Source of the DNA: Escherichia coli
Lineage (GTDB): Bacteria > Pseudomonadota > Gammaproteobacteria > Enterobacterales > Enterobacteriaceae
Strand: one strand, 5' to 3'
Assembly: GCF_022493755.1 (NCBI RefSeq)
Contig: NZ_CP028767.1
Length of the DNA stretch: 64,000 bases
Shown here: positions 20,565-35,323 of the stretch, piece by piece
How positions within the stretch are numbered: the first letter of the stretch is position 1
How the letters are laid out: every line of letters begins with the position of its first letter
Notes under the pieces: generated by a model
The model's input: only the letters and a program-made list of their open reading frames with translations
Database searches by the model: none
Told to the model about the DNA's origin: nothing
Translations under genes and position numbers: made by a program

Positions 20565-20801
20565 CACTCAGAATCCTGTGGAATGAAATAAACCGCTCTA
20601 TCTGTCCATTACCCTTTTAGCTGCGCTGTATCGTCGCCGTATTCCCGCATTAACCATGACCGTAGCCCGACGGGGAATTCCTTCTGCGTGAGTGTGCGGG
20701 AATAATCAAAAACGATGCACACCGGGTTTTACTGTGCTGACAGACGCAGGGTTACCCTCATAGTCGCTTTTCCGGTGCGATGGTGGAAGAAACCGGGATG
20801 T

Positions 20802-20996
20802 TCATCCATCATCACTTTGGATTGATGTATATGCTCTCTTTTCTGACGTTAGTCTCCGACGGCAGGCTTCAATGACCCAGGCTGAGAAATTCCCAGACCC
20901 TTTTTGCTCAAGAGCGATGTTAATTTGTTCAATCATTTGGTTAGGAAAGCGGATGTTGCGGGTTGTTGTTCTGCGGGTTCTGTTCTTCGTTGACAT
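20802..20996 (-). CDS. Small hypothetical protein (64 aa; resembles DLP12 YlcI, by size and position only)
   Basis: ORF with ATG start between bor and cos. Confidence 0.4.
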   Translation of the reverse strand: MSTKNRTRRTTTRNIRFPNQMIEQINIALEQKGSGNFSAWVIEACRRRLTSEKRAYTSIQSDDG

Positions 20997-21195
20997 GAGG
21001 TTGCCCCGTATTCAGTGTCGCTGATTTGTATTGTCTGAAGTTGTTTTTACGTTAAGTTGATGCAGATCAATTAATACGATACCTGCGTCATAATTGATTA
21101 TTTGACGTGGTTTGATGGCGTAGATGCACGTTGTGACATGTAGATGATAATTATTATCATTTTGCGGGTCCTTTCCGGCGATCCGACAGGTTACG

Positions 21196-21207
21196 GGGCG
21201 GCGACCT
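21196..21207. other. cos: cosN cohesive-end site, with cosB elements extending to about 21380
   Basis: GGGCGGCGACCT followed by sequence matching the recalled left end of the lambda genome up to the nu1 start. Confidence 0.85.
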
Positions 21208-21384
21208 CGCGGGTTTTCGCTATTTATGAAAATTTTCCGGTTTAAGGCGTTTCCGTTCTTCTTCGTCATAACTTAATGTTTTTATTTAAAATACCCTCTG
21301 AAAAGAAAGGAAACGACAGGTGCTGAAAGCGAGCTTTTTGGCCTCTGTCGTTTCCTTTCTCTGTTTTTGTCCGTGGAATGAACA

Positions 21385-21904
21385 ATGGAAGTCAACAAAA
21401 AGCAGCTGGCTGATATTTTCGGTGCGAGTATCCGTACCATTCAGAACTGGCAGGAGCAGGGAATGCCCGTTCTGCGAGGCGGTGGCAAGGGTAATGAGGT
21501 GCTTTATGATTCTGCCGCCGTCATAAAATGGTATGCCGAAAGGGATGCTGAAATTGAGAACGAAAAGCTGCGCCGGGAAGTTGAAGAACTGCGGCAGGCC
21601 AGCGAGACAGATCTCCAGCCAGGGACTATTGAGTACGAACGCCATCGACTTACGCGTGCGCAGGCCGACGCACAGGAGCTGAAAAATGCCAGAGACTCCG
21701 CTGAAGTGGTGGAAACCGCATTCTGTACTTTCGTGCTGTCGCGGATCGCAGGTGAAATTGCCAGTATTCTCGACGGGATCCCCCTGTCGGTGCAGCGGCG
21801 TTTTCCGGAACTGGAAAACCGACATGTTGATTTCCTGAAACGGGATATCATCAAAGCCATGAACAAAGCAGCCGCGCTGGATGAACTGATACCGGGGTTG
21901 CTGA

Positions 21905-21930
<26 letters not shown>
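21385..21930 (+). CDS. nu1: Terminase small subunit
   Basis: Matches recalled lambda Nu1 (MEVNKKQLADIFGASIRTIQNWQEQGMPVLRGGGKGNEVLYDSAAVIKWY...). Confidence 0.95.
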
Positions 21931-25611
<3,681 letters not shown>

Positions 25612-25631
<20 letters not shown>

Positions 25632-26931
25632 TCTCCCGCATATTGCCAGTATGGCCTTTAATGAGCCGCTGATGCTTGAACCCGCCTATGCGCGGGTTTT
25701 CTTTTGTGCGCTTGCAGGCCAGCTTGGGATCAGCCGCCTGACGGATGCGGTATCCGGCGACAGCCTGACTGCCGGAGAGGCACCCGCGGCGCTGGCGTTA
25801 TCCGTTGATGATGACGGACCACGACAGGCCCGCAGTTATCAGGTCATGAACGGCATCGCCGTGCTGCCGGTGTCCGGCACGCTGGTCAGCCGGACGCGGG
25901 CGCTGCAGCCGTATTCGGGGATGACCGGTTACAACGGCATTATCGCCCGTCTGCAACAGGCTGCCAGCGACCCGATGGTGGACGGCATTCTGCTCGATAT
26001 GGATACGCCAGGCGGGATGGTGGCAGGGGCATTTGACTGCGCTGACATCATCGCCCGTGTGCGTGACATAAAGCCGGTATGGGCGCTGGCCAATGACATG
26101 AACTGCAGCGCAGGTCAGTTGCTTGCCAGTGCCTCCTCCCGGCGTCTGGTCACGCAGACCGCCCGGACAGGCTCCATCGGCGTCATGATGGCTCACAGTA
26201 ATTACGGCGCTGCGCTGGAGAAACAGGGCGTGGAAATCACGCTGATTTACAGCGGTAGCCATAAGGTGGATGGCAACCCCTACAGCCATCTACCGGATGA
26301 TGTCCGGGAAACATTGCAGTCCCGGATGGATGCAACCCGCCGGATGTTTGCACAGAAGGTGTCGGCATATACCGGCCTGTCCGTGCAGGCTGTGCTGGAT
26401 ACCGAGGCTGCAGTGTACAGCGGTCAGGAGGCCATTGATGCCGGACTGGCTGATGAACTTGTTAACAGTACCGATGCGATCACCGTCATGCGTGATGCAC
26501 TGGATGCACGTAAATCCCGTCTCTCAGGAGGGCGAATGACCAAAGAGACTCAATCAACAACTGTTTCAGCCACTGCTTCGCAGGCTGACGTTACTGGCGT
26601 GGTGCAAGCGACGGAGGGCGAGAACGCCAGCGCGGCGCAGCCGGACGTGAACGCGCAGATCACCGCAGCGGTTGCGGCAGAAAACAGTCGCATTATGGGG
26701 ATCCTCAACTGTGAGGAGGCTCACGGACGCGAAGAACAGGCACGCGTGCTGGCCGAAACCCCCGGTATGACCGTGGAAACGGCCCGCCGCATTCTGGCAG
26801 CTGCACCACAGAGTGCACAGGCGCGCAGTGACACTGCGCTGGATCGTCTGATGCAGGGGGCACCGGCACCGCTGGCTGCAGGTAACCCGGCATCTGATGC
26901 CGTTAACGATTTGCTGAACACACCAGTGTAA
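25612..26931 (+). CDS. C: Head maturation protease C
   Basis: Start placed by lambda collinearity (VTAELRNLPHIASMAFNEPLMLEP...); matches recalled lambda C. Confidence 0.85.
26326..26931 (+). CDS. nu3: Scaffolding protein Nu3 (in-frame internal start within C)
   Basis: In-frame ATG at the lambda-collinear position. Confidence 0.65.
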   Translation: MDATRRMFAQKVSAYTGLSVQAVLDTEAAVYSGQEAIDAGLADELVNSTDAITVMRDALDARKSRLSGGRMTKETQSTTVSATASQADVTGVVQATEGENASAAQPDVNAQITAAVAAENSRIMGILNCEEAHGREEQARVLAETPGMTVETARRILAAAPQSAQARSDTALDRLMQGAPAPLAAGNPASDAVNDLLNTPV

Positions 26932-26940
26932 GGGATGTTT

Positions 26941-27273
26941 ATGACGAGCAAAGAAACCTTTACCCATTACCAGCCGCTGGGCAACAGTGACCCGGCACAT
27001 ACGGCAACCGCGCCCGGCGGATTGAGTGCGAAAGCGCCTACAATGACCCCGCTGATGCTGGACACCTCCACCCGTAAGCTGGTTGTGTGGGATGGCACCA
27101 CCGACGGTGCTGCCGTTGGCATTCTGGCGGTTGCTGCTGACCAGACCAGCACCACGCTGACGTTCTACAAGTCCGGCACGTTCCGTTATGAGGATGTGCT
27201 CTGGCCGGAGGCTGCCAGCGACGAGACGAAAAAACGGACCGCGTTTGCCGGAACGGCAATCAGCATCGTTTAA
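26941..27273 (+). CDS. D: Head decoration protein D
   Basis: [27 protein letters not shown]... matches recalled lambda D. Confidence 0.9.
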   Translation: MTSKETFTHYQPLGNSDPAHTATAPGGLSAKAPTMTPLMLDTSTRKLVVWDGTTDGAAVGILAVAADQTSTTLTFYKSGTFRYEDVLWPEAASDETKKRTAFAGTAISIV

Positions 27274-27328
27274 CCTTACCCTTCATCACTAAAGGCCGCC
27301 TGTGCGGCTTTTTTTACGGGATTTTTTT

Positions 27329-28354
27329 ATGTCGATGTACACAACCGCCCAGCTGCTGGCGGCAAATGAGAAGAAATTTAAGTTTGATCCGCTGTTTCTG
27401 CGTCTCTTTTTCCGTGAGAGCTATCCCTTCACCACGGAGAAAGTCTATCTCTCACAAATTCCGGGACTGGTAAACATGGCGCTGTACGTTTCGCCGATTG
27501 TTTCCGGTGAGGTTATCCGCTCCCGTGGCGGCTCCACCTCTGAATTTACACCGGGATATGTCAAGCCGAAGCATGAGGTGAATCCGCAGATGACCCTGCG
27601 TCGCCTGCCGGATGAAGATCCACAGAATCTGGCGGACCCGGCTTACCGCCGCCGTCGCATCATCCTGCAGAACATGCGAGACGAAGAGCTGGCCATTGCT
27701 CAGGTCGAAGAGATGCAGGCCGTTTCTGCCGTGCTTAAGGGCAAATATACCATGACCGGTGAAGCCTTCGATCCGGTTGAAGTGGATATGGGCCGCAGTG
27801 TGGCGAACAACATCACGCAGTCCGGCGGTACGGAGTGGAGCAAGCGTGACAAGTCCACGTATGACCCGACCGACGATATCGAAGCCTACGCGCTGAACGC
27901 CAGCGGTGTGGTGAATATCATCGTGTTTGATCCGAAAGGCTGGGCGCTGTTCCGTTCCTTCAAAGCCGTCAAGGAGAAGCTGGATACCCGTCGCGGCTCT
28001 AATTCCGAGCTGGAGACAGCGGTAAAAGACCTGGGCGAAGCGGTGTCCTATAAGGGGATGTATGGCGATACGGCGATCGTCGTGTATTCCGGACAGTACG
28101 TGGAAAACGACGTCAAAAAGAACTTCCTGCCGGACAACACGATGGTGCTGGGGAACACTCAGGCACGCGGTCTGCGCACCTATGGCTGCATTCAGGATGC
28201 GGACGCACAGCGCGAAGGTATTAACGCCTCTGCCCGCTACCCGAAAAACTGGGTGACCACCGGCGATCCGGCGCGTGAGTTCACCATGATTCAGTCAGCA
28301 CCGCTGATGCTGCTGGCTGACCCTGATGCGTTCGTGTCCGTACAACTGGCGTAA
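27329..28354 (+). CDS. E: Major capsid protein E
   Basis: MSMYTTAQLLAANE... matches recalled lambda E. Confidence 0.95.
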   Translation: MSMYTTAQLLAANEKKFKFDPLFLRLFFRESYPFTTEKVYLSQIPGLVNMALYVSPIVSGEVIRSRGGSTSEFTPGYVKPKHEVNPQMTLRRLPDEDPQNLADPAYRRRRIILQNMRDEELAIAQVEEMQAVSAVLKGKYTMTGEAFDPVEVDMGRSVANNITQSGGTEWSKRDKSTYDPTDDIEAYALNASGVVNIIVFDPKGWALFRSFKAVKEKLDTRRGSNSELETAVKDLGEAVSYKGMYGDTAIVVYSGQYVENDVKKNFLPDNTMVLGNTQARGLRTYGCIQDADAQREGINASARYPKNWVTTGDPAREFTMIQSAPLMLLADPDAFVSVQLA

Positions 28355-28395
28355 TCATGGCCCTTCGGGGCCATTTTCTCTCTGTGGAGGAGTCC

Positions 28396-28791
28396 ATGAC
28401 GAAAGATGAACTGATTGCCCGTCTTCAGGTGCTGGGTGAGCAACTGAACCGTGATGTCAGCCTGACGGGGACGAAAGAAGAACTGGCACTCCGTGTGGCA
28501 GAGCTGGAAGAGGAGCTTGATGACACGGATGACGCTGCTGGTCAGGACACATCTGTCAGCCCGGAAAATGCGCTGACCGGACATGAAAATGAGGTTGTAT
28601 CAGCGCAGCCGGATACCGTGACTGATACGGCTGATCTGGTCACGGTTGTGGCACTGGTGACGCTGCATACTGATGCACTTCACGCCACGCGGGATGAGGC
28701 TGTGGCATTTGTGCTGCCGGGAACGGCGTTCCGTGTCTCTGCCGGTGTGGCAGCCGAAATGACAGAGCGCGGCCTGGCCAGAATGCAATAA
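28396..28791 (+). CDS. FI: DNA-packaging protein FI
   Basis: MTKDELIARL... matches recalled lambda FI with minor differences. Confidence 0.85.
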   Translation: MTKDELIARLQVLGEQLNRDVSLTGTKEELALRVAELEEELDDTDDAAGQDTSVSPENALTGHENEVVSAQPDTVTDTADLVTVVALVTLHTDALHATRDEAVAFVLPGTAFRVSAGVAAEMTERGLARMQ

Positions 28792-28802
28792 CGGGAGGCG
28801 CT

Positions 28803-29156
28803 GTGGCTGATTTCGATAACCTGTTCGATGCTGCCATTGTCCGCGCCGATGAAACGATACGCGGGTACATGGGAACGTCAGCCACCATGACATCCGGTGA
28901 GCAGTCCGGCGCAGTAATACGTGGTGTTTTTGATGACCCTGAAAATATCAGCTATGCCGGACAGGGCGTGCGCGTTGAAGGCTCCAGCCCGTCCCTGTTT
29001 GTCCGGACTGATGATGTGCGGCAGCTGCGGCGTGGAGACACGCTGACCATCGGTGAGGAAAACTTCTGGATAGACCGGGTTTCGCCGGATGATGGTGGAA
29101 GCTGTCATCTCTGGCTTGGGCGGGGCGTACCGCCTGCCGTTAACCGTCGCCGCTGA
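28803..29156 (+). CDS. FII: Head-tail joining protein FII
   Basis: MADFDNLFDAAI... matches recalled lambda FII. Confidence 0.9.
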   Translation: MADFDNLFDAAIVRADETIRGYMGTSATMTSGEQSGAVIRGVFDDPENISYAGQGVRVEGSSPSLFVRTDDVRQLRRGDTLTIGEENFWIDRVSPDDGGSCHLWLGRGVPPAVNRRR

Positions 29157-29167
29157 AAGGGGGATGT

Positions 29168-29746
29168 ATGGCCATAAAAGGTCTTGAGCAGGCCATTGAA
29201 AACCTCAGCCGTATCAGCAAAACGGCGGTGCCTGGTGCCGCCGCAATGGCCATTAACCGCGTTGCTTCATCCGCGATATCGCAGTCGGCGTCACAGGTTG
29301 CCCGTGAGACAAAGGTACGCCGGAAACTGGTAAAGGAAAGGGCCAGGCTGAAAAGGGCCACGGTCAAAAATCCGCAGGCCAGAATCAAGGTTAACCGGGG
29401 GGATTTGCCCGTAATAAAGCTGGGTAACGCGCGGATTGTCCTGTCCCGACGCAGGCGTCGTAAAAAGGGGCAGCGTTCAGCCCTGAAAGGTGGCGGCAGC
29501 GTGCTTGTGGTGGGAAACCGTCGTATTCCCGGCGCGTTTATTCAGCAACTGAAAAATGGCCGCTGGCATGTCATGCAGCGTGTGGCCGGGAAAAACCGTT
29601 ACCCCATTGATGTGGTGAAAATCCCGATGGCGGTGCCGCTGACCACGGCGTTTAAACAGAATATTGAGCGGATACGGCGTGAGCGTCTTCCGAAAGAGCT
29701 GGGCTATGCGCTGCAGCATCAACTGAGGATGGTAATAAAGCGATGA
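29168..29746 (+). CDS. Z: Tail completion protein Z
   Basis: 192 aa; lambda-collinear. Confidence 0.9.
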   Translation: MAIKGLEQAIENLSRISKTAVPGAAAMAINRVASSAISQSASQVARETKVRRKLVKERARLKRATVKNPQARIKVNRGDLPVIKLGNARIVLSRRRRRKKGQRSALKGGGSVLVVGNRRIPGAFIQQLKNGRWHVMQRVAGKNRYPIDVVKIPMAVPLTTAFKQNIERIRRERLPKELGYALQHQLRMVIKR

Positions 29747-30138
29747 AACATACTGAACTCCGTGCAGCCGTACTGGATGCACTGGAGAAGCATGACACCG
29801 GGGCGACGTTTTTTGATGGTCGCCCCGCTGTTTTTGATGAGGCGGATTTTCCGGCAGTTGCCGTTTATCTCACCGGCGCTGAATACACGGGCGAAGAGCT
29901 GGACAGCGATACCTGGCAGGCGGAACTGCATATCGAAGTTTTCCTGCCTGCTCAGGTGCCGGATTCAGAGCTGGATGCGTGGATGGAGTCCCGGATTTAT
30001 CCGGTGATGAGCGATATCCCGGCACTGTCAGATTTGATCACCAGTATGGTGGCCAGTGGCTATGACTACCGGCGCGACGATGATGCGGGCCTGTGGAGTT
30101 CTGCCGATCTGACTTATGTCATTACCTATGAAATGTGA
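29743..30138 (+). CDS. U: Tail terminator protein U
   Basis: 131 aa; lambda-collinear. Confidence 0.9.
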   Translation: MKHTELRAAVLDALEKHDTGATFFDGRPAVFDEADFPAVAVYLTGAEYTGEELDSDTWQAELHIEVFLPAQVPDSELDAWMESRIYPVMSDIPALSDLITSMVASGYDYRRDDDAGLWSSADLTYVITYEM

Positions 30139-30145
30139 GGACGAT

Positions 30146-30886
30146 ATGCCTGTACCAAATCCAGCAATACCGGTGAAAGGTGCCGGAACCACCCTGTGGG
30201 TTTATAACGGGAGCGGCGACCCTTATGCGAACCCGCTTTCAGACGTTGACTGGTCGCGTCTGGCTAAAGTTAAAGACCTGACGCCCGGCGAACTGACCGC
30301 TGAGTCCTATGACGACAGTTATCTCGATGATGAAGATGCGGACTGGACCGCGACCGGGCAGGGGCAGAAATCCGCCGGAGATACCAGCTTCACGCTGGCG
30401 TGGATGCCCGGAGAGCAGGGGCAGCAGGCGCTGCTGGCGTGGTTTAATGAAGGTGATACCCGTGCCTATAAAATCCGCTTCCCGAACGGCACGGTCGATG
30501 TGTTCCGTGGCTGGGTCAGCAGTATCGGTAAGGCGGTGACGGCGAAGGAAGTGATCACCCGTACGGTGAAGGTCACCAATGTGGGCCGTCCGTCAATGGC
30601 AGAAGATCGCAGTACGGTGACGGCGGCAACCGGTATGACTGTGACGCCTGCCAGCTCCTCGGTGGTGAAAGGGCAGAGCACCACGCTGACCGCAGCATTC
30701 CAGCCGGAGGGCGCAACTGACAAGAGCTTCCGTGCGGTGTCAGCGGATAAAACAAAAGCCACCGTGTCGGTCAGTGGTATGACCATCACCGTGAAAGGCG
30801 TTGCTGCAGGTAAGGTCAACATTCCGGTTGTATCCGGTAATGGTGAACTTGCTGCGGTTGCAGAAATCACTGTCACCGACAGTTAA
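30146..30886 (+). CDS. V: Major tail protein V
   Basis: MPVPNP...[11 protein letters not shown]... matches recalled lambda V. Confidence 0.9.
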   Translation: MPVPNPAIPVKGAGTTLWVYNGSGDPYANPLSDVDWSRLAKVKDLTPGELTAESYDDSYLDDEDADWTATGQGQKSAGDTSFTLAWMPGEQGQQALLAWFNEGDTRAYKIRFPNGTVDVFRGWVSSIGKAVTAKEVITRTVKVTNVGRPSMAEDRSTVTAATGMTVTPASSSVVKGQSTTLTAAFQPEGATDKSFRAVSADKTKATVSVSGMTITVKGVAAGKVNIPVVSGNGELAAVAEITVTDS

Positions 30887-30901
30887 TCCGGAGAGTCAGC
30901 G

Positions 30902-31324
30902 ATGTTCCTGAAAACCGAATCATTTGAACATAACGGCGTGACCGTCACGCTTTCTGAACTGTCAGCCCTGCAGCGTATTGAGCATCTCGCCCTGATGAAA
31001 CGGCAGGCAGAACAGGCGGAGTCAGACAGCAACCGGAAGTTTACTGTGGAAGACGCCATCAGAACCGGCGCGTTTCTGGTGGCGATGTCCCTGTGGCATA
31101 ACCATCCGCAGAAGACGCAGATGCCGTCCATGAATGAAGCCGTTAAACAGATTGAGCAGGAAGTGCTTACCACCTGGCCCACGGAGGCAATTTCTCATGC
31201 TGAAAACGTGGTGTACCGGCTGTCTGGTATGTATGAGTTTGTTGTGAATAATGCCCCTGAACAGACAGAGGTCGCCGGGCCCGCAGAGCCTGTTTCTGCG
31301 GGAAAGTGTTCGACGGTGAGCTGA
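30902..31324 (+). CDS. G: Tail assembly chaperone G
   Basis: 140 aa; lambda-collinear. Confidence 0.9.
   Translation: MFLKTESFEHNGVTVTLSELSALQRIEHLALMKRQAEQAESDSNRKFTVEDAIRTGAFLVAMSLWHNHPQKTQMPSMNEAVKQIEQEVLTTWPTEAISHAENVVYRLSGMYEFVVNNAPEQTEVAGPAEPVSAGKCSTVS
31300..31306 (+). promoter_or_regulatory. Programmed -1 ribosomal frameshift slippery heptamer G_GGA_AAG (G to G-T)
   Basis: GGGAAAG in the correct codon phase near the 3' end of G, with the T frame open downstream. Confidence 0.8.
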
Positions 31325-31740
31325 GTTTTGCCCTGAAACTGGCGCGTGAGATGGGGCGACCCGACTGGCGTGCCATGCTTGCCGGGATGTCATCCACGGA
31401 GTATGCCGACTGGCACCGCTTTTACAGTACCCATTATTTTCATGATGTTCTGCTGGATATGCACTTTTCCGGGCTGACGTACACCGTGCTCAGCCTGTTT
31501 TTCAGCGATCCGGATATGCATCCGCTGGATTTCAGTCTGCTGAACCGGCGCGAGGCTGACGAAGAGCCTGAAGATGATGTGCTGATGCAGAAAGCGGCAG
31601 GGCTTGCCGGAGGTGTCCGCTTTGGCCCGGACGGGAATGAAGTTATCCCTACTTCCCCGGATGTGGCGGACATGACGGAGGATGACGTAATGCTGATGAC
31701 AGTATCAGAAGGGATCGCAGGAGGAGTCCGGTATGGCTGA
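31306..31740 (+). CDS. T: T portion of the G-T frameshift fusion chaperone
   Basis: Open -1 frame from slippery site to stop; lambda-collinear. Confidence 0.8.
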   Translation: MFDGELSFALKLAREMGRPDWRAMLAGMSSTEYADWHRFYSTHYFHDVLLDMHFSGLTYTVLSLFFSDPDMHPLDFSLLNRREADEEPEDDVLMQKAAGLAGGVRFGPDGNEVIPTSPDVADMTEDDVMLMTVSEGIAGGVRYG

Positions 31741-34294
31741 ACCGGTAGGCGATCTGGTCGTTGATTTGAGTCTGGATGCGGCCAGATTTGACGAGCAGAT
31801 GGCCAGAGTCAGGCGTCATTTTTCCGGTACGGAAAGTGATGCGAAAAAAACAGCGGCAGTCGTTGAACAGTCGCTGAGCCGACAGGCGCTGGCTGCACAG
31901 AAAGCGGGGATTTCCGTCGGGCAGTATAAAGCCGCCATGCGTATGCTGCCTGCACAGTTCACCGACGTGGCCACGCAGCTTGCAGGCGGGCAAAGTCCGT
32001 GGCTGATCCTGCTGCAACAGGGTGGTCAGGTTAAGGACTCCTTCGGCGGGATGATCCCCATGTTCAGGGGGCTTGCCGGTGCGATCACCCTGCCGATGGT
32101 GGGGGCCACCTCGCTGGCGGTGGCGACCGGTGCGCTGGCGTATGCCTGGTATCAGGGCAACTCAACCTTGTCCGATTTCAACAAAACGCTGGTCCTTTCC
32201 GGCAATCAGTCGGGGCTGACGGCAGATCGTATGCTGGTCCTGTCCAGAGCCGGGCAGGCGGCAGGGCTGACGTTTAACCAGACCAGCGAGTCACTCAGCG
32301 CACTGGTTAAGGCGGGGGTAAGCGGTGAGGCTCAGATTGCGTCCATCAGCCAGAGTGTGGCGCGTTTCTCCTCTGCATCCGGCGTGGAGGTGGACAAGGT
32401 CGCTGAAGCCTTCGGGAAGCTGACCACAGACCCGACGTCGGGGCTGACGGCGATGGCACGCCAGTTCCATAACGTGACGGCGGAGCAGATTGCGTATGTT
32501 GCTCAGTTGCAGCGTTCCGGCGATGAAGCCGGGGCATTGCAGGCGGCGAACGAGGCCGCAACGAAAGGGTTTGATGACCAGACCCGCCGCCTGAAAGAGA
32601 ACATGGGCACGCTGGAGACCTGGGCAGACAGGACTGCGCGGGCCTTCAAATCCATGTGGGATGCGGTGCTGGATATTGGTCGTCCTGATACCGCGCAGGA
32701 GATGCTGATTAAGGCAGAGGCTGCGTTTAAGAAAGCAGACGACATCTGGAATCTGCGCAAGGATGATTATTTTGTTAACGATGAAGCGCGGGCGCGTTAC
32801 TGGGATGATCGTGAAAAGGCCCGTCTTGCGCTTGAAGCCGCCCGAAAGAAGGCTGAGCAGCAGACTCAACAGGACAAAAATGCGCAGCAGCAGAGCGATA
32901 CCGAAGCGTCACGGCTGAAATATACCGAAGAGGCGCAGAAGGCTTACGAACGGCTGCAGACGCCGCTGGAGAAATATACCGCCCGTCAGGAAGAACTGAA
33001 CAAGGCACTGAAAGACGGGAAAATCCTGCAGGCGGATTACAACACGCTGATGGCGGCGGCGAAAAAGGATTATGAAGCGACGCTGAAAAAGCCGAAACAG
33101 TCCGGCGTGAAGGTGTCTGCGGGCGATCGTCAGGAAGACAGTGCTCATGCTGCCCTGCTGACGCTTCAGGCAGAACTCCGGACGCTGGAGAAGCATGCCG
33201 GAGCAAATGAGAAAATCAGCCAGCAGCGCCGGGATTTGTGGAAGGCAGAAAGTCAGTTCGCGGTACTGGAGGAGGCGGCACAACGTCGCCAGCTATCCGC
33301 ACAGGAGAAATCCCTGCTGGCGCATAAAGATGAGACGCTGGAGTACAAACGCCAGCTGGCTGCACTTGGCGACAAGGTTACGTATCAGGAGCGCCTGAAC
33401 GCGCTGGCGCAGCAGGCGGATAAATTCGCACAGCAGCAACGGGCAAAACGGGCCGCCATTGATGCGAAAAGCCGGGGGCTGACTGACCGGCAGGCAGAAC
33501 GGGAAGCCACGGAACAGCGCCTGAAGGAACAGTATGGCGATAATCCGCTGGCGCTGAATAACGTCATGTCAGAGCAGAAAAAGACCTGGGCGGCTGAAGA
33601 CCAGCTTCGCGGGAGCTGGATGGCAGGCCTGAAGTCCGGCTGGAGTGAGTGGGAAGAGAGCGCCACGGACAGTATGTCGCAGGTAAAAAGTGCAGCCACG
33701 CAGACCTTTGATGGTATTGCACAGAATATGGCAGCGATGCTGACCGGCAGTGAGCAGAACTGGCGCAGCTTCACCCGTTCCGTGCTGTCCATGATGACAG
33801 AAATTCTGCTTAAGCAGGCAATGGTGGGGATTGTCGGGAGTATCGGCAGCGCCATTGGCGGGGCTGTTGGTGGCGGCGCATCCGCGTCAGGCGGTACAGC
33901 CATTCAGGCCGCTGCGGCGAAATTCCATTTTGCAACCGGAGGATTTACGGGAACCGGCGGCAAATATGAGCCAGCGGGGATTGTTCACCGTGGTGAGTTT
34001 GTCTTCACGAAGGAGGCAACCAGCCGGATTGGCGTGGGGAATCTTTACCGGCTGATGCGCGGCTATGCCACCGGCGGTTATGTCGGTACACCGGGCAGCA
34101 TGGCAGACAGCCGGTCGCAGGCGTCCGGGACGTTTGAGCAGAATAACCATGTGGTGATTAACAACGACGGCACGAACGGGCAGATAGGTCCGGCTGCTCT
34201 GAAGGCGGTGTATGACATGGCCCGCAAGGGTGCCCGTGATGAAATTCAGACACAGATGCGTGATGGTGGCCTGTTCTCCGGAGGTGGACGATGA
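31733..34294 (+). CDS. H: Tail tape-measure protein H
   Basis: 853 aa; lambda-collinear. Confidence 0.95.
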   Translation: MAEPVGDLVVDLSLDAARFDEQMARVRRHFSGTESDAKKTAAVVEQSLSRQALAAQKAGISVGQYKAAMRMLPAQFTDVATQLAGGQSPWLILLQQGGQVKDSFGGMIPMFRGLAGAITLPMVGATSLAVATGALAYAWYQGNSTLSDFNKTLVLSGNQSGLTADRMLVLSRAGQAAGLTFNQTSESLSALVKAGVSGEAQIASISQSVARFSSASGVEVDKVAEAFGKLTTDPTSGLTAMARQFHNVTAEQIAYVAQLQRSGDEAGALQAANEAATKGFDDQTRRLKENMGTLETWADRTARAFKSMWDAVLDIGRPDTAQEMLIKAEAAFKKADDIWNLRKDDYFVNDEARARYWDDREKARLALEAARKKAEQQTQQDKNAQQQSDTEASRLKYTEEAQKAYERLQTPLEKYTARQEELNKALKDGKILQADYNTLMAAAKKDYEATLKKPKQSGVKVSAGDRQEDSAHAALLTLQAELRTLEKHAGANEKISQQRRDLWKAESQFAVLEEAAQRRQLSAQEKSLLAHKDETLEYKRQLAALGDKVTYQERLNALAQQADKFAQQQRAKRAAIDAKSRGLTDRQAEREATEQRLKEQYGDNPLALNNVMSEQKKTWAAEDQLRGSWMAGLKSGWSEWEESATDSMSQVKSAATQTFDGIAQNMAAMLTGSEQNWRSFTRSVLSMMTEILLKQAMVGIVGSIGSAIGGAVGGGASASGGTAIQAAAAKFHFATGGFTGTGGKYEPAGIVHRGEFVFTKEATSRIGVGNLYRLMRGYATGGYVGTPGSMADSRSQASGTFEQNNHVVINNDGTNGQIGPAALKAVYDMARKGARDEIQTQMRDGGLFSGGGR

Positions 34295-34620
34295 AGACCT
34301 TCCGCTGGAAAGTGAAACCCGGTATGGATGTGGCTTCGGTCCCTTCTGTAAGAAAGGTGCGCTTTGGTGATGGCTATTCTCAGCGAGCGCCTGCCGGGCT
34401 GAATGCCAACCTGAAAACGTACAGCGTGACGCTTTCTGTCCCCCGTGAGGAGGCCACGGTACTGGAGTCGTTTCTGGAAGAGCACGGGGGCTGGAAATCC
34501 TTTCTGTGGACGCCGCCTTATGAGTGGCGGCAGATAAAGGTGACCTGCGCAAAATGGTCGTCGCGGGTCAGTATGCTGCGTGTTGAGTTCAGCGCAGAGT
34601 TTGAACAGGTGGTGAACTGA
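34291..34620 (+). CDS. M: Tail tip protein M
   Basis: 109 aa; lambda-collinear. Confidence 0.9.
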   Translation: MKTFRWKVKPGMDVASVPSVRKVRFGDGYSQRAPAGLNANLKTYSVTLSVPREEATVLESFLEEHGGWKSFLWTPPYEWRQIKVTCAKWSSRVSMLRVEFSAEFEQVVN

Positions 34621-35318
34621 TGCAGGATATCCGGCAGGAAACACTGAATGAATGCACCCGTGCGGAGCAGTCGGCCAGCGTGGTGCTCTGGGAAATCGAC
34701 CTGACAGAGGTCGGTGGAGAACGTTATTTTTTCTGTAATGAGCAGAACGAAAAAGGTGAGCCGGTCACCTGGCAGGGGCGACAGTATCAGCCGTATCCCA
34801 TTCAGGGGAGCGGTTTTGAACTGAATGGCAAAGGCACCAGTACGCGCCCCACGCTGACGGTTTCTAACCTGTACGGTATGGTCACCGGGATGGCGGAAGA
34901 TATGCAGAGTCTGGTCGGCGGAACGGTGGTCCGGCGTAAGGTTTACGCCCGTTTTCTGGATGCGGTGAACTTCGTCAACGGAAACAGTTATGCCGATCCG
35001 GAGCAGGAGGTGATCAGCCGCTGGCGCATTGAGCAGTGCAGCGAACTGAGCGCGGTGAGTGCCTCCTTTGTACTGTCCACGCCGACGGAAACGGATGGCG
35101 CTGTTTTTCCGGGACGTATCATGCTGGCCAACACCTGCACCTGGACCTATCGCGGTGACGAGTGCGGTTATAGCGGTCCGGCTGTCGCGGATGAATATGA
35201 CCAGCCAACGTCCGATATCACGAAGGATAAATGCAGCAAATGCCTGAGCGGTTGTAAGTTCCGCAATAACGTCGGCAACTTTGGCGGCTTCCTTTCCATT
35301 AACAAACTTTCGCAGTAA
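34620..35318 (+). CDS. L: Tail tip protein L
   Basis: 232 aa; lambda-collinear. Confidence 0.9.
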   Translation: MQDIRQETLNECTRAEQSASVVLWEIDLTEVGGERYFFCNEQNEKGEPVTWQGRQYQPYPIQGSGFELNGKGTSTRPTLTVSNLYGMVTGMAEDMQSLVGGTVVRRKVYARFLDAVNFVNGNSYADPEQEVISRWRIEQCSELSAVSASFVLSTPTETDGAVFPGRIMLANTCTWTYRGDECGYSGPAVADEYDQPTSDITKDKCSKCLSGCKFRNNVGNFGGFLSINKLSQ

Positions 35319-35323
35319 ATCCC

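Noticed and set aside
21012-21269. 85-aa minus-strand ORF
   Set aside because: Spans the cos site and lambda left-end non-coding sequence; likely spurious.
21286-21825. 179-aa minus-strand ORF overlapping nu1
   Set aside because: Antisense to terminase small-subunit gene that matches lambda Nu1; no support.
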